Assembly: GCA_964016885.1 (NCBI GenBank)
Contig: OZ024740.1
Coordinates: 111,600,001-111,664,000, forward strand
Reading direction: 5' to 3'
DNA from: Eledone cirrhosa
Lineage: Eukaryota
DNA: 64,000 bases
The notes under the pieces are model-generated. The model saw only the letters and a list, made by a program, of their open reading frames with translations, had not been told where the DNA came from and ran no database searches. A program made the translations under genes and the position numbers. Of this stretch, positions 56,601 to 64,000 are shown one piece after another (positions within the stretch are counted from its first letter, which is position 1; every line of letters starts with the position of its first letter).

Positions 56601-58738
56601 CTGTTTGAGGCTGTTACACCCCTCTTTATCGGGACATGCTCCCACATAGTCCCAACGTGCATCTAGGAATCCATTCCAGTCCCCCACTAAAAGCAAGGAG
56701 CGGGAAGTTCCCAGAAAAGTCTCTAGACGTTTGAAGAAGTCTGGCTGCGGTGTCCCGGACGGGGCATATGCGGCCACCAGCCTGAAAAGGCTCCACGTTC
56801 AGTACCGCGAACGTCTAGGACCACCAGTCGACCCCCCGGGTCCAGATGTACAGTCTGTGTTACGAGGTCCAGGTGTTTCCGCAGCAAAACGGCAACCCCA
56901 CCCCCACCTCCCCCTTGACAGTGAGATGCGTAGATCTCAAAGAAGGGGGCCAGCTGTCGCTCGCTGTGGATCCTGGACTCGCAAATGGCTACTACATCCT
57001 TACTGTGCGACCTGGGGTCGTTTAAGAGTTTGCCCTGTTTCCAGGGCATCCTCAGGTCGCGTACATGCCCACATCCAACTCTTATATTGTCTATGTTGGT
57101 GCTGAAAAGTTAAAAGAAGAGGAAAAGAAATCACTCACATCTTTGTCTCCTGAGGACCAGGCTGCACGATTTCCATGGGGGTGTTGGAGGGGTTGTCTGG
57201 GTGGGTGGTGGTTTCCAGCGGGGTGGGGGCGGAGGTGTTTGGTGGGGAGGGGGTGTCTGGTGGGATGGGGGTGTCTGGGATGGGGAGACATTTGAGTAGG
57301 ACGCGGTTAAGTGGTTTCACGCAGGAATTCCCCACGTCCTTTTCAAATGTTTCTTTTAGGGACCTATAAGTTTGTATAGAGACCCTAATCAGTTTTAGGT
57401 TCGGTTTTTTTATTATTTTTATTAGAGTTTGCGAAAGTTTTCCCTTCGGTTATCACCGAAGGGTTGTTCGTGATGGTCTCCATTAGTGTTTTGTTTTCAG
57501 TGTTTATGTATGTGTAAATGAAATTTTCTTGTGCTATATTTGTGTTTGTCTGTAATTCTTATGTGTGCTTTCGTTTTGTTGTAGGCATTTTGGTTTCAGG
57601 AGTTGGGTTTTTGTTTGTGATGATTTTGTTGTTTGTGTTGGTGGTTGTATGTTTGTGGTAGTGTTTGCTGGTTTTTTTGTTTTTGTGGTGCCTTTTTTTT
57701 CTTTTCGAGCGATAGGGTTCTCCTTCGTCTTCACTGGGTGATGACGAGATAGCCTCATCTGTTGTATCTTCTGCGTGATTGAGGAGGGTATGTCTTGGGG
57801 AGCTGTTGTGTTTGTGGGTGTTTTTGCAGTGGTTTGAGGTGGAGTGGGGTCGAGTGGGACTGTGCTTGCGGTTTGGTTTGTTGTTCTTGTTTTGGTTATG
57901 TTTGTGTTTTTGTTGTTGTTGTTGTTGTTGTGGTGGTTGTGTTGTTGTTTTGGGTGTTGGCAGTAGTGCCTCTTTTTTTGCAGCTAGTTGCGGACAGTAA
58001 GCCTTCAGGTGACCACTGCTTAAACAGTGGTAACATGAAGGCCGCCTACCCTCAACAGAAATGTTTATGTATGAATTCCCATCCAGAGGCACACGTTGGG
58101 GTATTTTAGCTATCCGTTCTGGCCTCATTTGGACCGGAACTTCCAGGCTTGTGCCATTGAATGTGCCTCTGGAGGACTTTCCCACCGAAATGATGGTGTC
58201 TTCATCGAAATCGATGAAGCCAGTCAAAATCCACCAGACGTTTATGTTTTAGTGTAATGTTTGAAATTTTAATTTTCTGGGTTATTTTTCCCATATATGT
58301 GGGGGGAAAAAGGTGTAAAGGGGCGATACAATTGGCGACACAGAATATTTTTGTGCCGTCAATTGGTCTTTCATCAGCACCGAAATGCTTTCGAAAAGTT
58401 TACCTTTTTGGATGAAGGCAATATCCTTCATTCAATTCTTCACAACCAGTTCAATTTCGTTTTGGGATAATTGCACTGGTTTTTTAGACGAATTTGAAAC
58501 TGTCCTAAAAATTATTGTTTTCAGGATAGTTTCTTTGCGTAACTGTTGAGAAGTGATGCTGAAAGCACCACTCTCACCAAAAGTTACGTACTGTTTTGCA
58601 TCGCTTAACATTTCCCTAGCATTGGAAATGTCAAGGTATGTGAACAGTTCCGTCTTTTGGGCGGTTTGAGCAAAGGAAATATTTTCATGTTCGTGGAGTT
58701 GTTCGTGTTGCTGTTGTTGTTGGTGGTGTTGTTGTTAT

Positions 58739-58775
<37 letters not shown>

Positions 58776-59180
58776 CTGGTTGGTGTTGTTTAAATTTTCG
58801 ATGTTATTGGTGTTGGTGTAGTCAACGTCCGACATCATGTTTACGAGTCTCTCAAAACTGACGACATTTTCAACGTCTTTCAATGAGGTGGTGAGAGGAG
58901 ATGACTGCGAGCTTAACACTCTTACCGCTTCTCCACCACTTCTAGTACTGGACGCGGCGTCCATGACTTAATGCAAAATTTTGTTTACAATTTTTCACCG
59001 AAAAAATTTTTTTCAAACGAAAATTTCACCCTAGGGAGGGGTGTAGATGAGTTGGCCCACCGTCTGAAGGTCCAGACGTGGGGTCAAGCTATAAAATAGT
59101 ATCAAATTTAACAATAAATGTTTGATTTCTTATGTAGAAAATCAACAAAAACTTACCAGCGAACTGGCGCACGTCTATCG
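53675..59180 (-). mobile_element. Tx1 element E5, full length but decayed (E2 subfamily)
   Basis: ORF1 58964-57135 with knuckle CYHCLSSGHLKAYC. ORF2 57094-53905 with ATG mutated to ATA, frameshifts and an internal deletion near 54376. GATA repeats on both sides. Confidence 0.95.
59089..59156 (-). other. Putative 68-nt 5' UTR intron of E5
   Basis: CTG|GTAAGTTTTTG...ACTATTTTATAG|, positionally homologous to the E1 intron. Confidence 0.6.
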
Positions 59181-59417
59181 AGATGAGATATAGATAGATA
59201 TATTTCTTTATTTACCATAAAGGCATAAAAAGAAGGGACAAATACAAAGGGGGAGTTTACATATAATCGAGTAAAAAGGGTGTAACATGAAAATAATCGA
59301 AAATAACCTCAAAAGGGAGGGGACGTGATGGGGGTTGCACACACCCCCGAAAAAGTGTGCAATCCTTTGCCCGGGAAGCACATGGAGAAGGTGCTCCCCT
59401 CTCCTTTACTTCTTTAC

Positions 59418-62400
59418 CTACAGGATGGTATACAGAGAAGGCCCATTTACACGAGCCATTCTCGCCACTATCACCCACCTTTTATAAAACTGCCTGTGGC
59501 CAAGCACCTCTCTCTCTCAATTCTTATCCTTCTTCCGAAGTGATATCGGAAGAAGTAGACCAGACTATGGCCAGAGAGGAAGTTGCCTGACCTCAGACCT
59601 TTCAATCGTGTCCACCAAACAACCTCTTTCAACATGGCTATTACGCACAGAAAAACCGCCTTTGCTTCCTTTGTGAAGAGGGGAGGCGGTTTGATTGTCA
59701 TCACGGACTCGGCGGTCAATTTAATCGGCGCCACCCGCGACAGCAGTCGTTCGGCGTAGCCCCACAGATCAGCCACGCCCGGGCATTGCACCAATGCGTG
59801 CGCAACGGTTTCTTCGTGACGCACGCATCTAGGGCAAATCTTTTTTGAGGGATCCCTGCCCGGGCGCCCGTGTCTGTAGAGCCTCTCTCGAACGGGTAGA
59901 GCCCCCCGGTAGCACTGCCAGGCCAGTGACTTCTGGAAGTTGTCCATTGGTCCTGGGCCGAAAGTCCTACCGAACAGGCTGGCCAGTTCGTCTTCTTCCA
60001 TGTCCAGCGACTCTCCAAGGGTGTCATCGTCCCTGCTAGCCACCAGCCCTCTATAGAATGATGAGGTGGATTCTCCACCGATGGCCTGGCCCGCTTGCCA
60101 GAGAGCCCTGAGCGCCTGAGCACACTCAGTGTGCCAGTCTCCCAGTTTTCCGGATCTTTGCTTGACCCAGGACTGTAGCTCGGTGAGCGAGACGAGTCTC
60201 GGAAAGGCTCGTTTCACGAACGGAGCCAACACCGGTTGACCAGTGAGGAATACCTGTAGGTGCCGTAGCCTTAATGCGTGCCTACGCATCATCAACCACG
60301 GCATCACCAGCCCTCCTTTCAAAGGTTGTTGGCAGCAGATGGATCTTCTCACCATAGGAGGGCGCTTCTTCCAAAGAAATTGGAAGAGCAAGCGTTCCAT
60401 GGTGGTGAGTGTTTCCTTAGGGCAAGGCACGACAGTCAGGCGGTAGTAAGTGACGGACGCTATGTAAATGTTCGCCACCTCCGCCCGGCCTTTTAGGGAC
60501 AGCTTACACTTGGCCCATTTCTGGTTAGTGCAAACACCTTGTTCGTAACCTCGTTCCAGTTCTTTTCCACCTGGAGGTCCGGTCCAAACCAGACCCCAAG
60601 CAACTTTACCGGGCCCTCCGTCCAGTGTCCAACGACACCGTCAGGAGGCATCGGTCTGCCTCTCCACGTTCCGAGTTGCAGCCCGATGGATTTTTCCCGG
60701 TTCAGTTTCGCTCCTGACAACCTTTCGTACTCCTCCAGTAAGGTACCGATCGCCTCGATCTCCGAGTCGGTCGATACCATTACTGTTACGTCATCGGCGT
60801 AGGCCGACACCGCTTTACTCAATCCTGGTTCCAGGGGGATACCCTGCAACAACTCCAACTTCCTCAGTAAAGGCTCGAGAGTCAATACGTACAGAAGGGA
60901 GGAGAGAGGGCACCCCTGTCGAATGGATCGTGTGATTTCGAACGGCTTCGAAAGGTAGCCGTTCACCTTGATCCTAGAACAGATATGGTTGCTATGTAAG
61001 GCAGTGATCCAGCCTCTGAAAACAGGACCGAACCCAGCCGCCGCTAGCTCCGCATCCAGGTAACCATGGTCGACCCTATCGAAGGCCTTAGACTGATCCA
61101 AGTTGATCAGGGCCTCACCGAAGCCGGGTTTGTTGCCAACCCTCTCTATGATGTATCGCATGAGGTGGAGGTTATCGTGAATGGACCTGGATGGGATAGC
61201 ACATGTCTGCGCATCTCCCACCAGGCCACCCACGACAAGCGCCAACCTCTTTGCTAACACCTTGGCCAAAATCTTTAACTCTGTGTTTAGCAGGGTTATG
61301 GGCCGAAAATTATTTATACTATCTCCCTTGTTCTTGTCCTTCCTCACCAGCGTGACTACGCCCTTGGCTACAGAACAAGGAATTCTCCCGTTCTGCTGCC
61401 AATTGCAGTAGACCGCTTCGAGGAGTTCGGAGAAGAAGACCGGCATTGCTAAATAAAGTTCGTAAGGTATACCATCGAGACCTGGAGATTTGCGTCTGCT
61501 GCATTGGCTCAGCGCATCTCCGATCTCATCAGCCGAGATTGGCCCCTCGCAGGACTCTGCCTCTTCGCTCGAGAGACGCGGCAGGCCGTCGAGGTATGGA
61601 CCGAAATCCACGCCCCCGCCCGGACCCTCGCCTCCTCCGAACAATCGGGCAAAGTGCCTTTGAAAGGCCTCGCACATCTGCTTAGGCTCCCGGATCACCC
61701 GTCCATCTTCGTCTTGCAACGACCGGATGGTGGATCGATTTCCACTCTTAGCTTCTGTCACGCGGGCCCAGCCAACGGCTTTGGCCCCCTCATTATCTAG
61801 AGCACGTATTTTACTTCGAATGACGCAGCCTTCGTGCTTTGCATCGCAAAGCTGGTTCAAGGCCGTCCTCGATGCCAGCACTCTGGCCACATCTTCGCTC
61901 TTGATTGCCTCTTCTAATTTACCTGTTAATTCTTTCTCGTTTCTATTCCTATCGGCAGCTAACATCTTGCTATAACTTATTGATTCTGTTCTAATCTCTC
62001 TTTTGAGAGATGCCCACCATCGGTTGTTGACGATTGCACCCGTCAACCTCTCCTTAACTAATCTGCTAATCCGGTTTCTGTAAGTCTCTTTTGCCGGTAA
62101 AGACAAATTAAGTTTCCAGTAACCGGGACCCTGTTTATGTGTTTTCTCGAGATTGACTACGCAGGTCACTAATTTGTGATCCGTGTAGCCAACCGTGCGC
62201 ATTTCTGGACAGCTTAATATGTCCCTATCCTTACTTCTAACTAAGAATCTATCTAAGTACGATCTAGATTGACCACTGTGGTTTCTCCAAGTCCAGGTAG
62301 GCACAGTTGGAAAATCTAGTCGATATCTATCGACCAAGTTAAAACGGTCGAGTAACCCCTTGAGGATGTTACACCCCCCTCTATTAGGACATGCTCCTGC

Positions 62401-62856
62401 ATAGTCCCAACGTGCATCTAGGATGTCATTCCAATCCCCCGCTAGAAGCAGGGAACGCGACGTTCCCAGAAAAGTCTCCAAACGCTGGAAGAAGACGGGC
62501 CGTTCAGATCCGAAAGGGGAGTAGACGGCGACCAGTCTCAAGGCCGCACTTTCACTACTGCCAACGTCTAGCACCAACAAACGACCCTCCGGGTCCGAGT
62601 GCACAACCTGTACGGCAAGACCCAAGTGTTTTTGCAGCAGTACGACAACCCCACCCCCACCTCCAGGCTGACAGAGAGATGCATGCACCTCAAAGTCATC
62701 GAAGGTGGGGGCCAGCTGCCGCACGACGCTGATTCGAGTCTCACAGATAACCATTACATTTATACTACATGACCTGAGGTCATTTAGAAGCTTTGCTTGC
62801 TTCCAAGTTGAGCCCAGGCCACGTGCATTCAAACATCCTACTCTTAACACATCCAT
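59418..62856 (-). pseudogene. E6 ORF2 (APE + RT + Zn finger), nearly intact
   Basis: 787-aa open segment from MDVLRVGCLNARGL through AYADD. Frameshifts near 60515 and 59495. Ends GPSLYTIL*. Confidence 0.95.
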
Positions 62857-62889
62857 GTGGGCGGCAGAGCCAAAGGAGAGTGTAGAGAC

Positions 62890-64000
62890 CTACCTTTCCG
62901 CTTCCCGGGGTTCGGGTTGCACGGCTTCCATGGGGTCGGGGGTGTTGGGTGAAGGGGTGTCTTGTGGTGGTGTGGGGTCGTCAGTGTGTGGTGGGGTTGG
63001 GGTGTTTGGAGTTGTGTTGGGGAGGGAAAGGGGGGGGAAGCTTTTTAGTAGGACGCGGTTTATGGGTTTGACAGAGGGTGGTCCTACGTCCTCCTTAAAA
63101 TCCTTTTTTAGTTTTTGGTAGATGTTCATTGGGATCTTTATTAATTTTAAATGTGGGTAGTTTTCTGAAGAAACAAAGTTTACACCTTCGGTTTGTACCG
63201 AAGGATTATTGTATATGAGTTCATTTAATTTATTATTGTTTCTGTTGATGTAAGTATAGTGTAATGTCTTTTTTTCGGATGGTGTGAGTGTTTCGAAGAG
63301 GGGAGGGCAGGTTTGGTTTTGTTTGTTGCTGGAGGGGTGTTTTCTGTTTTGTTGGATTGTGTTGAGATTTGGGTGGGGGTTGTTTGGCCTTGTGTGTTTT
63401 GCACATGTTTTCCTTTTTTTCTTTTAATCTGTCTGAAGGACTCCGTTTCTTCCTCCGAATTCGTTGGGTTATCTTCAGTGTTGGAGGGAAGAGGTATGTT
63501 TGCTGGTAATGTTTCCGTGTTGGTTTTCTTTGTGGGGGAGATGGATGTCACTATGTTAGACTGTGTTGTGTGTTGTGTCTGCGGTGGTTGTGTTGTTTTA
63601 TTGAGTGAGAGGTTGGGTGGGCCTGTATTTTGTTTTGGGGTAATGTTTTGTGACTGTTTGTGTTGTGGTGGTGATGTGGTTTTACTGAGGGACGGGTTGG
63701 GTGGGACTGAGTTTTGTTGTTTGTTTATCTGTTGTGGTGGTGGTGGTGGAGCTGGTGTTGGTAGCAGGGTTTTCTTTTTGTTGAGTTGGGGACAAGCGGC
63801 CTTCAGGTGCCCTCTGCCTGCACAGATATGGCAGGACGGCCTTCTCCCCTCCACGCTAATGTTTATATACCCGTGGTCCTCTAATAGGATTCTGTCGGGT
63901 ATTTGGGCGATGCGTTCAGGCTTCATTTGCACTACCAGCTCTATACCTGTTCCACTGAACGCATTGCCTGTGGTTTTCCCAATGGAAATCACGTTGTCAT
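62890..64000 (-). pseudogene. E6 ORF1 C-terminal part
   Basis: INISVEGRRPSCHICAGRGHLKAACP knuckle, a P/T/Q-rich linker and the KPINRVLLK block. One interruption near 63225. Confidence 0.85.

Larger units (their letters stand above)
59203..64000 (-). mobile_element. Tx1 element E6 (E3-related), continues beyond the window
   Basis: ORF2 62856-59418 and partial ORF1 with knuckle CHICAGRGHLKAAC. 3' end AATAAAGAAA abuts TATC repeats. Confidence 0.95.

Noticed and set aside
57102-57138. 37-nt GT-AG mini-intron in E5 that would fuse ORF1 in frame to ORF2
   Set aside because: Very short, and the AG is absent at the equivalent position in E1, E4 and E6, so it is probably incidental.

Overview
AT-rich eukaryotic DNA saturated with microsatellites. 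The SINE families and repeat style suggest a coleoid cephalopod such as Octopus; this is an inference. No host gene can be supported, and most short ORFs in the track are microsatellite translations. The window is dominated by seven insertions (E0-E6) of Tx1/L1-clade non-LTR retrotransposons, all on the minus strand. They lie head-to-tail inside (GATA)n tracts in two clusters (25.4-40.8 kb and 53.6-64 kb) and belong to at least three diverged subfamilies. The most striking observation is a conserved splice-signal architecture. In all four copies that retain the junction, the ORF1 stop codon sits inside a 5' splice donor (G|TAA|GT, G|TAA|GT, G|TGA|GT, G|TAG|GT). In all six copies with an ORF2 end, the ORF2 stop is a pyrimidine-tract TAG that reads as a 3' acceptor followed by a purine-rich exon. 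The whole of ORF2 therefore looks like one 3.2-3.5 kb intron. Both full-length copies also carry a 68-69 nt GT-AG intron in the 5' UTR. Splicing is inferred from sequence only. The window also contains two Penelope-like elements, several families of short hammerhead-ribozyme-bearing foldback/pLTR elements in (TA)n, a non-coding Gypsy-type LTR element, an RTE fragment, many tRNA-derived SINEs, a TTAA MITE, a Helitron-like element and a 1.85 kb 11-mer minisatellite.
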